Assembly: GCF_030144855.1 (NCBI RefSeq)
Contig: NC_082732.1
Span: forward strand, 30,690,001 to 30,754,000
Origin: Hypanus sabinus
Taxonomy: Eukaryota
Direction of reading: 5' to 3'
DNA: 64,000 bases
Shown: one piece after another, positions 11,561 to 24,380 of the stretch
Layout: each line of letters starts with the position of its first letter
Numbering within the stretch: the stretch's first letter is position 1
Position numbers and translations under genes: made by a program
The notes under the pieces: model-generated
Database searches by the model: none
Told to the model about the DNA's origin: nothing
Seen by the model: the letters and a program-made list of their open reading frames with translations, nothing else

Positions 11561-12285
11561 GAACATCATCATCACTTTGGATCAGGGAAAATGCCAGGAC
11601 TTAATGCCATGGATCTCTGTCAGAGTCATAAATGGACCACCTTACTCCTCCCATTTGCTAATCCATTTCGGGATGCTATTTGCTTTCAATTCCCAACATT
11701 CTTCTCCTACCCCACCTCCACATTGACCCCTACTCCATTCCACTCTCAATCTCATCCTTATTTATGGTGACACCAAAATAAATTGTCCATCCTGCCATGG
11801 CTGGTAATGTTCCTTTCTGTGGATTGGCAGCTCATTAGGATGGGAGGTTGTGATAGGAAGTATCCAAGACCTGAGGCCTCTTGACAATGTGGCCTGGAGT
11901 CTCAGCACCCCCATGTGTTGAAGATTTATAATATTTGGAAGTGTTGAATTTGGGATTTATAAGCCATCAGCTTAAAATGGGCTCCTGACTTCACAAGGTT
12001 GTACCAGCCACTAAAACAAATCAACAGTTTCTTAATAGCGTTACTGAGAATAATTAACAAATATTAATTAAAAAGCTGTTGCAACAATGTAATAATTAAT
12101 TGACAATATTTCACTAAAATACATAAGCCAGCCTTTAAATATCAGCTGCGAGTTTGAAGCAACTTGCTTTCCAATAAGATCAACTAAAAAGAATGTCTTT
12201 TCTCTTGTTAGGATCCAGTCTCTTTGAATGAAAGTTTGTTCAATTATTATATTGTAACATCTTTTTAGTCAACTGTGTGTAGCTC

Positions 12286-12500
12286 AACACACACAAAAAT
12301 GTTGGAGGGACTCAGCAGGTCAGGCAGTGTTCATGGAGGGGAATAATGTTTTGGGCCGAGATTCCTCATACGGATGAAGGATCTCAGCCGGAAATGTCAA
12401 CCGTCTGTTCCCTTCCACAGATGCTGCCTGACCTGCTGAGTTCCTCCAGAATTTGCGCGTGTTGCTCTTGACCTCCAACATCTGCAGAATCTCTTGTGTG
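12286..12500. mobile_element. Fold-back pair of Penelope termini
   Basis: caacacacacaaaaatgttggagggactcagcaggtcaggcag is inverted against ctgcctgacctgctgagttcctccagaatttgcgcgtgttg, with hammerhead remnants in the centre. Confidence 0.8.
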
Positions 12501-12539
12501 TAAACATACATGTGTAACTGTTGTCTCATAGTTTCAGTG

Positions 12540-12810
12540 ACACAAGTTCAATCCTGATTTTCAAGGCTAATTGTTCAGAGTTTGCACCTTCTGTCTGTGG
12601 CCCTGAGTGTTTCCCCAGATTTCCCCCCGCGTCCGAAGATGTACAGGTTTGTAGGTTAATTGGTCATGCAAATTGTTCCTAATATGTTGTGAGTTGGTAA
12701 ATTTGAGTGGAATTGAAGGGAATGTGGGGAAATATTTTTTAAATGTATAAATTGGATCATTAGTGCAAATTCAGTGGGCCAAAATGTGTGTTTCAATGCT
12801 ATGACTCCAA
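12540..12810 (+). mobile_element. V-SINE, degenerate
   Basis: gttcaatcc B-box, gagtttgcaccttct, taggttaattggtca. Confidence 0.7.
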
Positions 12811-13334
12811 TGTGTCAGTAACTTTCTAGTGTGCTAATTGCCCTCTGTGAAAATCACCTCTCTGCAGATGACAGGTAGGAGAATAAAGGAGTGGATGTAT
12901 GAGTAGAACAAAATGAGTTACAGCAAAATTAGTGGGGGGGTGGGAAGTGGCATCAATGTGCTACCTCTGAGACCTGTCAAAGCTCAACGTTGTAAAGAAG
13001 TATGGAAAGAGGAAAGGTTCAGAAGTCTACCCCAATGCATTTGAGCTAGCCTCTCCTCTGCTTTTTGCATCCTCTTTAAAACTATTTTTAAAACTCTGCG
13101 CTCACTAGTCTAATTTTTGCCAGATCATGTTCGTCTATTAATCCTGAGCCTACTGACACACTGGTTCTTTACCTGACATTCTAATGTTCAAATCTCTTGC
13201 TGGCTTGCCTCCTTCCTTATAATCCTTCCATAATCTTATGCTCATGCAGTTCCTGCCTCTGGTAACCACCATATGCCAAAGCAGGTTAATATTTGATGTT
13301 TATGTTACTGATTGCTGTATACGTACTCTTCGCC

Positions 13335-13690
13335 ATTATCATCATCATCATCATTATGTGCCGTGTCATATGACATGGGCAATTGTGGCCTTTCCATGAC
13401 CATGATTCTTTGTCTTCTGGGCAGTGTGGTTACAAGATGAGTGTCCCCAGCCATTTTTAATCCTCTTCAGAGATTGTCTGCCTGCCGTGAGTGGCCGCAT
13501 AACCAGGACTTGTGATATGTACCAACTGCTCATATGACCATCCACCACCTGCTCCCATGGCTACACGTTACCTTGATTAGGGGGAGCTAAGCAGGAGCTA
13601 CACCTTGTCCAAGGGTGACCTGTGGGCTAGCAGAGGGAAGGGGTGCCTTATACCTCCTTCGGTAAAGACGTGTCTCCACCCCACCACCCA
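13335..13690 (-). mobile_element. RTE-related SINE or short repeat, copy 2, with simple-repeat tail
   Basis: Reverse-complement match to 3860-4040. (CAT)n at ~13338-13354. Confidence 0.65.
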
Positions 13691-14142
13691 AAAGTCTTCG
13701 GCACATATATTTAGCTAGGGTGCCTAAGGCTTTTGCACAGTACTTTAGTAATTTTATGTATTGCACTGTGCTGCTGCTGCTGCAAAAAGTTCATGGCATA
13801 TGAGAGTGATGATAAATCTGATTCTGATATGGGCCTCTTTTGAGGATTGTGAGTGGGGAGGGAGTGGGGAAACAGCAGAGAGACATTCTGTTATGAATCA
13901 GTAAGCCAATTGTTTGGAGTCAAATGACCTTTCCTGGTGTTTCAGGGCAGGATGTGGTGGCACCCACACCACCCTCGCCCCGCACTTGGCACTCCTTTTC
14001 TGCCACCTGTCCCACACCCCTCCCACAGCGCTCCACCCTCACCATTCACAACATCCTTTGCTCCCACCAGATATACAAACTCACTGTCCGCTCTACATTG
14101 ACAAGTATAGTACTGTCTTAGGCACCCTGTATATATATGTGC
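13690..14142. mobile_element. Element bounded by Tc1-like TIR sequences, including a ~55-bp hairpin at 13690-13744
   Basis: aaaagtcttcggcac...gtgcctaaggcttttgcacagtact, with an inverted partial copy agtactgtcttaggcaccctgtatatatatgtg at ~14109-14141. Confidence 0.5.
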
Positions 14143-14319
14143 ACCAGGAGAGCTGGTCTGTGGATGAAGAGAAAAAGAAAATTGGGATAGGTCTTGATGT
14201 AGTCTCCTTCCATCATATTTGAATATTCTTCAAAAACTTACTGATAAAATTCTCCAGTAAAAGAAGACCAGTTGTGGGAGATAAGTAACAGCAACCCAAT
14301 GGCCATGGAACCTGAAGAC

Positions 14320-14450
14320 ATCCTGAAGAAGGGTCTCGGCCCGAAATATCAGCTCTTTGCTTTTTTCCAGAGATGCTGCCTGACCTTCTGAGATCCTCCA
14401 GCATTTTGCGTGTGTTGCTTTGGATCTCCAGCATCTGCAGATTTTCTCAT
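14320..14450 (+). mobile_element. Penelope-like terminus with intact hammerhead core
   Basis: CTGAAGA-A-GGG tctcgg CCC-GAAA-TATC at 14323-14350, followed by the conserved terminus. Confidence 0.8.
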
Positions 14451-14774
14451 GTTCAGTGGCCATAGAACCTGCTACCTGGCATGAGACCTCATGATGGTCT
14501 CATCAGGACTGCTAATTGATATTGGATCTACTCCTGCAAGTTTCATGAATGATCTAATCCTATTATTGTTTGACCATCCCACTCCTTGTCATGAAGGTAG
14601 CGTCCTGCCTTCCCATGCTCAGGGAGCATCTTAGTCAAATGGATGATTGTTGGCCAATCAGTCAAACAGAAGAGAGCTGGACTATGCACATCTACGTTTA
14701 TGTCATTCTACAGTTGCACAGTGGAGATCATCCTAACCTACGTCACTGCAAGGTACAGAAACTGCACTGAGGGT

Positions 14775-15290
14775 GACAGCAGGTAGTCAAAACTGTCTAA
14801 TGCATCACAGGCACCAGCCTACTCTCCATCAAGGACGTATATACAGAGAGGTGTCAGAAAGGGGCCAGTAAATCATGAACGATCCCACCCACCCTGCGCA
14901 TGGATTATTTGTCTCACTCTCATCAGGGAGGAGGCTATGTTTGCCCACTCCATGGCCACCAAACTCAAAAACATTTACCTTCCCCAAGCAGTGAGTGATC
15001 AACACCACCACCCATTAACCTACCCCTCTACACCCCAACCACTACAACTTTATCATTTCCTGTCAGCCATCTTATAGACAGACACTCCAGTGCCAAGCTT
15101 CACTTTATGGGCATACAATCAATCTATGTATATATATAAAAGCTATCTAATGTATTTATATTTGTTGTATTTTTTGATATTATTGTGTTCTTTATATTTT
15201 TTAGCTGTATTGAATTTGGAGTAACAATTATTTCATTCTCCTGTGCACTTGTGTACTGGAAATGACATCAAACAATCTTAAATCTCGAAC
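14775..15290 (+). mobile_element. Rex1/Babar-type LINE 3' fragment
   Basis: Encodes ITGTSLLSIKDVYTERC...IMNDPTHPAHGLF, like the Rex1 RT C-terminus, followed by the 3' UTR. Confidence 0.75.
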
Positions 15291-16212
15291 ACCTTTCAGT
15301 TTATCAAGTCAAACCATTTTCCAGCTAACAAATAAAATGTTTCTCCTTTCAGAGGCCATTTTTGTTTGTCTTTTATGTTTTTCTTGGTATCCTGGAAATT
15401 AATCTTCAATTCCTGCAGTCCCCAGAACAAGCCTTAACCCTGAAGAAGCAAAACAGAAGTACTGTTTACCATGTAACAACAGTGTAGGCTTACAAAAAAC
15501 TGCATTTTAGCCAAGAGCTCTAAGCATCTGGAGAATTGCACTGAGGTGCAATCTATTCACATATGTTCTCTGGTGTAGTTCAAATTTCCAAGAAAAAGTA
15601 TATCTGTGGCTCAGACAGAATACAGGAAGTAGGGCAAATCTTCAGGTACATTTTGCAGAATGAATATTGAGCTGTGCACAATATTAACTGTTGCAATACT
15701 GAAATTAGAAAGAGAGGGAGAGAGAGTGAGCAAGAGGGATTGTAATTGAGGTTATTTTAATTGGAAGTAGTGTAAAAATAAAAGGTGCTATATCCTCTCA
15801 AAGGCTTTGTTGGTGTCCAATGTTGTGTAATATAATTGTTTACTGAAGCTTAATTCTACTATATATTATACAAATTAACACCACATTTTATATAATGAAA
15901 AATGTATGAGCTGGTTTGCTCTGTCTATTTACAGGATTAGTGATATATATTACTATTAATTATTGTTTCCTAAGAGCTTTTTAATTAAACACATATTAAT
16001 AATTTATAACACTGTTATTATAGTGTTATTAAACAACAGGGATTTTTATAGTTAATGTGTTACTCATTTGTTAAACATTACAAGCTGATTTATGACAGTC
16101 ACTTAAAATGAAGTGTTCAGTTTTTGTAATATTTTCTAATTGTAGCCTGCTTCCCCATCTAAATTACAACCAGTTGATGCAAATCACCTCAAGACCCACT
16201 GCAATGCTACTC

Positions 16213-16289
16213 CCCTCCCAGTGTTCCAGAGCCCTCCGCAGTTCTCTGGTCTGTCTTGTGTCCAACTTGATCTCCAGTGCCTCAACCCA
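16213..16289 (+). repeat. Unclassified ~80-bp dispersed repeat (second copy at 19125-19210)
   Basis: ccctcccagtgttccag.gccctcc.cagttctctggt..gtcttgtgtccaact..atctccagt.cctcaaccca is present at both sites. Confidence 0.75.
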
Positions 16290-16734
16290 TTTTGTTTCAA
16301 ATTCTTCCTTTTCAATCTTCCAGTTCAATGCTCTCCTGTATACAATGTCTCCTCAATTCTTCAAAGTAATCTCCCCTGCATTGACTACATCTCGACTTCC
16401 CGCTGCTTTGGGAAAGTAGTTAACATAGTCAAGAAACCTTCCCACCCCAATCATTTTCACTTCTCCCCTCTCCTGTTGAGTAAACAATAGAAAAGTCTGA
16501 GGGTATAAACCACTAGACTCAGAATAGCTTGCATCCCACTGTTTTCAGATGTATGAATTGACCCATCATACACTAAAAAATGAACTCTTGATCTCCCAGC
16601 CTACCTTGTCATGGCCCTTGTACTTCATTTGGCTCCTTGTACAATATCATGTGACAGTAACAAACCAATACAAATACTTTTCTTCAATACTCCAATCCCC
16701 TCTCCTGTGTGCTAAGCTTTCCTGTGCTCTAATA

Positions 16735-17450
16735 CACTCCCATTTGGCCAATCAAGACTGCTCCACCATTTCATCATGGCTGATCCAATTTTCCTCTCAG
16801 CCCCAATCTCCTGCCTTCTCCCTGTATCCCTTCATGCCCTGACCAATCAAGAATCTATCAACCTCTGCCTTAAATATACATAGACCTGGCCTCCACAGCT
16901 GCCTGTAGCAAAGAATTGCACAGATTTGTCATTCTGTGGCTAAAGAAGTTCCTCCTCAGCTCTGTTGTAAATGGATGCCCCTCTATTCTGAGGCCATGTC
17001 CTCTGATCTTAGACTCTCCCATCATAGGCAACATCCTCTCCACATCCACTTTATTAAGGCCTTTCACCATTTGATAGGTCACCCCTCATTCTTCTGAATT
17101 GTGGTGAGTAGAGGCCCAGAGCTATCATATGACAAGCCATTCAATCCTGGAATCATTTTTGTGAATCTCCTTTGAACCTGCTTCAGTTTCAGCACATCCT
17201 GCCTAAGATAAAAGGCCAAAAGATGAATAATACTCCAAGTGAAGACTCATCAGTGTTCAATAAAGTTTCAGCATTACATGCTTGCTTTTATATTCCAGAT
17301 CTCATGAAATGAATACGAACATTGCATTTGCTTTTGTCACCAGACTCAACCTGCAAATTAACTTTTAGGGAATCCTGCACAAGGTCCCCCAAATCCCTTT
17401 GCACCTCAGTTTTTGTATTTTCTTTCCATTTAGAAAATAGTTAATCCTTA
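16735..17450 (-). mobile_element. CR1 3' fragment
   Basis: ORF 16870-17082 reads KIRGHGLRIEGHPFTTELRRNFFSHRMTNLCNSL. Confidence 0.92.
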
Positions 17451-17769
17451 TCCAAAGCTACAATCTCACTCTCCCGTGTGCCATCACCTTCCTAGTGTCT
17501 AAAGACTCTAATGTTCCAAAATTCCTACTGGGCTAAAATGTCTTTCCAGATGTTCCAGCACACTTTAATGCTCCAAACCTCTATCCATTGCCCCACCCAT
17601 TCTCCAAGTCTACAATCTACTCCCCAGGATTTCCTTTTTCTTGTTGCAGCTTTTGTTCAGGGCTCTAAACCTCCTCACAAAACTTAAATCCTATCCACAA
17701 TTTTCCAACCTTTTCCTCAGTACTCTCCCCATGAACCTCTGTGCATTAATTAGGGAAGCACCCTCACTA

Positions 17770-18365
17770 CATCCACCACAACAAGTGGTATTTCGTAGTG
17801 ACCGTTCACTTTAACTCTATGTCCCTTTCTCATTCTGATTTTTTGGCCTATGGCCTTCTCTGCTGCCATGATGAGGCCATTCTCAGGTTGGAGGATCAAC
17901 ACATTATATTCCATTTAGGTAGCCTTTACCCTGTTCTCATGACCATTGATTTCTCCAACTTCCAGTAATTTTCCCCCCACTCCCCCTTCTCACTTTGTCC
18001 ATGCCCCATTCTGGGTCCCCTCTCACCCCTTCTCTTACCCTTACCTACCCATCACCTCCCTTTTTTTTTACCCTTCTCTGTACCTTCCTCCCATGGTCCA
18101 CTCTCCATTCCTATCAGATTCCTTCTTTTTCTGCCCTCTACCTCTTTTTCCTAACATCTTCCAGATTTTTACTTCATCATTCTTCCCCCACACATATACC
18201 TTCCCCCTCACCTGGTTTCATTTATTACCTGCCAGCTTATGCTCCTTCCCCTCCATCCACCTTCTTATTCTGGCTTCTTCACGTTTATTTTCCAGTCCTG
18301 GAGAAGGGTCTTGGCCCAGAACATCGACCTCCAGAATTCCTCCACCATTCTGTATGTGTTGCAAG
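17770..18365 (+). mobile_element. Penelope-like 3' part
   Basis: GIY-YIG tail (HFNSMSLSHSD...RLEDQHIIFHLGSL), pyrimidine-rich UTR, and degenerate hammerhead at 18294-18330. Confidence 0.82.
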
Positions 18366-19271
18366 ATACCTCTTGTGCAAGATTCGTCAACTTTTACTTT
18401 CAAACAAAATGGAATATATAATTGTCCTTCACTTTGAAGATGCCCATTCTTAGTTGGCAACATTTCCCAAATTTTCGAGGGCATAAATACCTTGTGGAGG
18501 TAACAATTGCAAATGTTTCACTGGGCACCTAATCATGGAAGACACTTTCTTGCAGTGGATTCCAATGGAAGCAGACAATGATCATACCTAATTGAGTTGG
18601 AAACCTGGAGGTAGTCATAGGAGAAGGCCGAGTTAGAGCAGGCAGCCCTTATTTGTATTTTAGAAGTTCTGTTAGTAACTCCTGCTAGGATAGGTTGCTG
18701 TTTCACTCATCATTCTCCTCATATGGGACCAAATCAGCAATCATTTCATAGAATAATTGCTGCTTTGTTGTAGACTGCAATCAAACTCTAAATCCTGATC
18801 TTCCTCAGTCTCACACTCTATGAATCATTCTCCCCTCAGAGGGTCAGTAGAAGTTTTATGTGTGCTGAAAGAAAAGGAGGATTAATTAGCTTAAATATAA
18901 GATCTTGTTCATGGCAACTATTACAAAACACAAATGCATAGCATGTCCTATGTTATAGGAAGTGTTATAACTAAAAATGCCTTCAACATTTAAACTAAAA
19001 AGCCATGTATGTTGGATCATCGAGTTAATCTAGTGATTAACTTGGTCCTACAGACCCAGCAGTCCAGCTCCTGTCTAGAATTTTGGTCTTGAATATTACC
19101 TGGATCTGAGGTGGCATGCTCATACCCTCCCAGTGTTCCAGTGCCCTCCACAGTTCTCTGGTACGTCTTGTGTCCAACTCATTCTCCAGTATCTCCAGTA
19201 CCTCAACCCACACAAATAGCCCCTGAATATTTGCCTCATTTCTTTGTACTTCTCCTGAGAACATCTGTTTC

Positions 19272-19400
19272 CTACTTAAGCTTTGTTCACAATACTCCTT
19301 ACGTTAAAATAGACACATCTCAAACCGTACATCCGAGTGTGTCCCTTCTCTATCACCTGCCTTTGTTGTTCCCCTTGCTTGTAGAAAGTTCTTCGTTTTT
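19272..19400 (-). mobile_element. CR1 fragment, start of the ORF2 endonuclease
   Basis: ORF 19276-19545 ends GLRCVYFNVRSIVNKA, the APE motif I of CR1 ORF2. Confidence 0.75.
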
Positions 19401-20129
19401 CCATTATGACATTGGGGATCTCTAATCTAATGAAGAGACCATCCTGGTCTGAAGACAACCTTCTTAAGAAAGACTGCTTCCCCGAAATATTGACACTAGT
19501 TCTCTTCCCATAGATATATTCTGATCTGCTGAGGTTTTCACTCATTTTCTGTTATTGTTTTACTATAACAGATCTTTTCCTACCAGAACAGTACCACAAT
19601 TTTATACAACCTATCTTAGTCTCTCAAAAATTAAAAAAAATCTGTTCTAATCTCTGTATTAGGAACAGATCAGAAAAACAAAAAACTTAAAGGAATTGGA
19701 TTTTTCCCTGAAGAAGAGCAACATTCCCTTTGACCCCTGGGGATCTCTGGCCCACGGTCACTCCAAATGGAAAATTCGGCATGGTATTGAGAATCTCAAG
19801 AGCACATACTGGGAACGCACAGAAAATGCTGCATAGTGTGTACCACTTTACAAACTATTCATGCTCCCTCCATCAGTTAGCTACCTCTTACTCCTTTCAT
19901 GGAAGAGTCTGAGGCTCCAATGTTAGCCTCATTAGCCACCTCAGACCCTACAAAACCAGAGTGGAAGAAATATTCTTGGTCTCAAGAGGCTGCCCAAGAA
20001 GTCAAAGAAAACAGTGAGAGAGCTGTATTCAGGGCACTACAGTACCTGTGTTGTGATGACAGATCTTTGCCTCCCTGTAAAATGCCCTGGGTCTAGTGGT
20101 GGATATGGGCCAAGCAGAAGGGAAGGTAG

Positions 20130-20265
20130 ATAACAAAGAAGAAAGTGAATACTTCCTTTTATATTCACAGCCTTTGCTGCTGTGTAAAAAAATGTAGCAG
20201 CCAATTTGCACGTAGCAAAATATCTCACAAGCAGCAATGGACAAATATAAAACAATCTGTATTAA
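20130..20265 (-). mobile_element. DeuSINE relic
   Basis: Minus strand cattgctgcttgtgagatattttgctacgtgcaaattggctgctaca, the Deu-domain 3' motif. Confidence 0.65.
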
Positions 20266-20269
20266 TCAC

Positions 20270-20565
20270 CAAATCAGAATCAGAATCAGGTTTACTATCA
20301 CCAGCCTTTGTGGTGAAATTTGTCTTTGCAGCAGCAAGACGATGCAATATATAATAATAGAGAAAAAACATGAATTATGTTAAGTATATACATTAAATTG
20401 TTACATTTATAATGTATTACAAAAATAAAAATAAATAAGTAGTGAGGTAGTGTTCATGGGCTCAATGTCCATTCAGAAATCGCATGGCAGAGGAGAAGCT
20501 GTTCCTGAATTATTGAGTCTATGGCTTCAGGCTCTGCCCTGTTGGTAGCAATGAGGAGATGGCAG
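20270..20565 (-). mobile_element. Rex1/Babar-type LINE 3' end
   Basis: aatcagaatcagaatcaggtttact tail and aagctgttcctgaat. Confidence 0.65.
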
Positions 20566-20669
20566 GGCATTACACTTTAGATAGAAACAGAATTGGACTT
20601 AGCTGTCACAGTTGCTGTCAGCCACTGAAGTAGCAATGTAGGAGATGTTTGGCTTCCATGTAGCTGTAA

Positions 20670-21930
20670 CGTTAGCTAATGTTGCTCTGTTGTTTAAGAA
20701 ATGCTCTAAGAATAAGCCAGTGAATTATTGGCTGGTGAGCCTGAAATCAGTAATGGGAAAGTTATTGGAAGCGATTCTAAGGGATTCGATATATAAGTAT
20801 TTCGATAGGCAGGGACTGCTTAGGGATAGTCAACATCATTTTGTGCGTGTTAGTCGTGTCTAACCATTCTTATAGAGATTTTTGAGGAGGTTATCAGGAA
20901 AGACGATGAAGACAAAGTGGATATGGTCTACATGGACTTTATCAGGGCATTTGACAAAGTCCAAAATGGGAGGTTGGTCAAGAAGGTTCAGTTACTTGGC
21001 ATTCAAGATGAGAAAATTAATTAGATTAGACATTAGCTGACTGGAGGCCTGTGACTAATGGTGTGCCACAGGGACCAGTGCTAGGTCCATTGTTGTTTGT
21101 CATCTATACCAAAGACTGAATAATAATGTGGTAAACTGAATCAGCGTACTTGTGGATGACACCAAGACTGGGGGTGTAATGGACAGCAAGGAAAACTATC
21201 AAAGCTTGCAGCAGGATCTGGACCAGTTGGAAAAATAGGCTGAAAAATGGCAGATGGAATTTAATGCAGACAAGTGTGAGGTGTTGCACTTTGGGAGTAC
21301 CATCCAGGATAGGTCTTACACAGTGAGTGAAAGGGCACGGAGGAGTGGCGTAGAACAGAGGGATCTGGGAATACATTGAAAGGGGCTTAATTGTGTGTAG
21401 TCTTGGTCACCTACTACAGGAAAGATGTAAATAAGATTGAAGGAGTGCAGAGAAAATTTATAAGGCTGTTGCCAGAACTTGAGGAACTGAGTTATGGGGA
21501 AAGGTTGAATAAGTTAGGATTTTATTCCCCAAAACATAGATGATTGAGGGGAGATTTGATAGAGGGATACCAAATTATGAGGGGAATAGATGGATAAATG
21601 CAGGCAGGCTTTTTTCCACTGGGGTTGGGTGAGACTACAATTAGAGGTCATGAGTTAAGAGTGAAAGGTGAAATGTTTAAGGGGAACATGAGAAGGAACT
21701 TCTTAACTTGGTGGTGAGAGTGTGGGACGAGCTACCAGCACAAGTGGTGGATGCGAGCTCAATTTCAACATTTAAGAGAAATTTGAATAGGTACATGGAT
21801 GAGAGAGGTGTGGAGGGCTATGGTCCAGCTGCAGGTCGATGGGAGTAGGCAGATTAATGGTTCAGCACAGACTAGATGGGCCAAAGGTCCTGTTTCTGTG
21901 CTATAATGTTCTGACTTTATGACTCTATGA
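20670..21930 (+). mobile_element. CR1 LINE, degraded RT through the 3' tail
   Basis: Encodes NVALLFKKCSKNKPVNYWLVSL, YMDFIRAFDKV, GVPQGPVLGPLLFVIY, VDDTK and WQMEFNADKCEVLHFG. Tail is tgactttatgactctatga. Confidence 0.95.
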
Positions 21931-23109
21931 CCCAGTGACCCAGCAGGACAAGAGAGAATAAATCCTTAATGAAGCTATTACTGAAGAAAAAAATCTTTAG
22001 GATGCTTGTTCGAAAAGGAAAAACCAGCTTTGATTTGTAGGATGGTCTTCCGTAGAACAGGCACCAGTATAAATGTCAATAAAAGGACAAAAGGTAATGA
22101 GCAACTTCCAGTGTGTTTTCAGTCTCTGAAATCAACACCTTTCTGTAGTCATTTGAATCAGGAGTTCCATTTCCTTTTCACTGGGCAGCAGTTGCCAAGA
22201 ATCTGCAAGAAAATCAATTGAAACTTCTGGCTGGAAGCATTCAGGATAGGAAATAGCCTTTGAATAGCTCTCCCTCAGATTTATTGTCACTTCTCTCTCA
22301 TTCTTCCTATCACTAGTTAGGACTAGATGATTGTTTCTGTGGAACAGTTACACACAGCATACAATCAACAGAGCTAAGCAATCTCACAAGCAATAGATCA
22401 GTTCTTGGCTTTGCAGTGTGCTGCCACATCCACTTGTGAAAAGCAATGGATGATTAAACACTTCACTGGAGGGGAAGGCTCCACAGATATCCCCATTCTC
22501 AATGACATTGGGGGATCTCTGACCTGACAAAGGGACCAGCCATTCTTATGAAAGGCTTCTTACATAAAACATTGAAATTACAGTATTTCTCTTCCCACAG
22601 ATATGGCCTGATATGCTGAGTTTTTCCTCATTTTCTGCAGGGAGCCCAGCAGATCAGTGCAAATGAGAAAGCTGAAGCATTTGCAAGAATCGTCAGCCAG
22701 CAGTGCTGAGTGGATGATCTACCTTTGTCTCCTCCAATGTTCCCCAGCATGATAGATGCTAATCTTCAGTCAATTTGATTAATTCCACATGATATGAAGA
22801 AATGGCTAATGGTTACGGATACAGCAAAGACAATGGGCCTTGACAATATTCTAAAAACAGGACTGAAGATTTGTGCTCAAGACTTGCCATACCCTTGGCC
22901 ATGCTTTTCAGTACAGCTGCAACACTAGCACCTACCCAACAATGTGGAAGATCACCCAGTTATGTTCTGTCCACAAAAAGCAGGACAAATCAAAGTTAGG
23001 CATTTACTACCACATTAGTTTACTCTCAGGAGCAATGTGATAGAAGTATAATTGATAGTTGTGATGTGGCACCTACATATCAACAACCTACTCACAGAAT
23101 CTTAGCTTA

Positions 23110-23340
23110 AGTTTTATTTATTTATTTATTGAGATACAGCGTGGAACAGGCCATTCTGGCCCTTCGAGCAATGTTGCCCAGCAACGTCCAGTTTAATCCA
23201 AGCTTAAACACGGGACAATTTACAATAACCAATTAACCTACAAACTGGTGCGCCTTGGACTGAGGGAGGAAACCGGAGCACATGGAGGAAACCCACATGG
23301 TCACAGGGAGAACGTACAAACTCCTTACAAACGTCAATGG
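23110..23340 (-). mobile_element. V-SINE nested in the ancient LINE
   Basis: gggaggaaaccggagcacatggaggaaacccacatggtcacagggagaacgtacaaactcc and a (TTTA)n tail. Confidence 0.88.
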
Positions 23341-23879
23341 GAACACCAAAGTTACTTGGGGAGAAAACCCTCTACTGGTTGGAATCATACCTTGCACAAA
23401 AGAGAATGGTTGTTCTTGTTGGGGTCAATTTTCAGAGCCACAGAATATCTCTGCAGGAGTTCCTCAGGTTGATATCCTTGGTTCAAACATCTTCAGTTCC
23501 TTTATCAATGACTTTCCTATAAAATTAAGATCAAACATAGGAATGTGCGCAATCTTTAGCACAATTTGTGACTCCCAGGATAATGAAGCAATCCACATCC
23601 AAATGTGCCGATGGGTGGCAAGTAACATTCTCACCACATGAGTGCCAGTCGATCACGTGCAACATAAGAAAATCACCCTTGGACCTTCAGTGGCATTGCC
23701 ATCATTGAATCCCTTCCTATCAATATCCTAGGTGTCGAGATCCACCAGAAATTGAACTGGAGTAACCATGTATGCAATGTGGTTACAAGAGCAAGTTAAA
23801 AGTGCGGAATCCTGCAGTGAGAAGCTTATCCCAAAAACCTGTCCACTATCTATAAGGCAAGAGAGTGGAATATATTTCA

Positions 23880-24380
23880 CATACAAGGATATGGAGGCTT
23901 TGGAGAGGGCACAGAGGAGGTCCACTAGAATATTGCCTGGATCAGAGTACATTTGTACAAGGAGAGGATGAACAAACTTGGAGTGTTTTCTCTGGAGAAT
24001 GAAGGGCTTAGGGTCAACCTGATAGAAGTACATATAATTATGAGAAGCATGCACAGCGTTGACAGTCAGAGTCTGTTTCCTTAAAGTACAGATGTTAAGT
24101 ACTAGAGGACAGCAGTTTAAGGTGAGGGGGAGTTTAAAGATGATGGACAAGGTAGGTTTTTCATGCAGTGGGTGGTAGATACTTGGAAATATACTGCTAG
24201 ATGAGGTGATAGAAGCATTATGATAGCAATGTTTAAAGGGCATTTAGACAAACGTACGAACAGGCAGGGAATAGAAGAATATGGACCATGTGCAGGCAGA
24301 TGGAATTAGTTTAAATTGGCATCGTTGTCAGTGCAGATTAGGCCAAAGGGCCTGTTCTTGTGCTGTATTCTATGTGTTAT
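23880..24380 (+). mobile_element. CR1 3' fragment, nested
   Basis: Encodes KDMEALERAQRRSTRILPG, followed by the CR1 3' UTR ggccaaagggcctgttcttgtgctgta. Confidence 0.88.

Noticed and set aside
17946-18453. Long Pro/Ser/Phe-rich ORFs
   Set aside because: Stop-poor translations of the pyrimidine-rich Penelope UTR.
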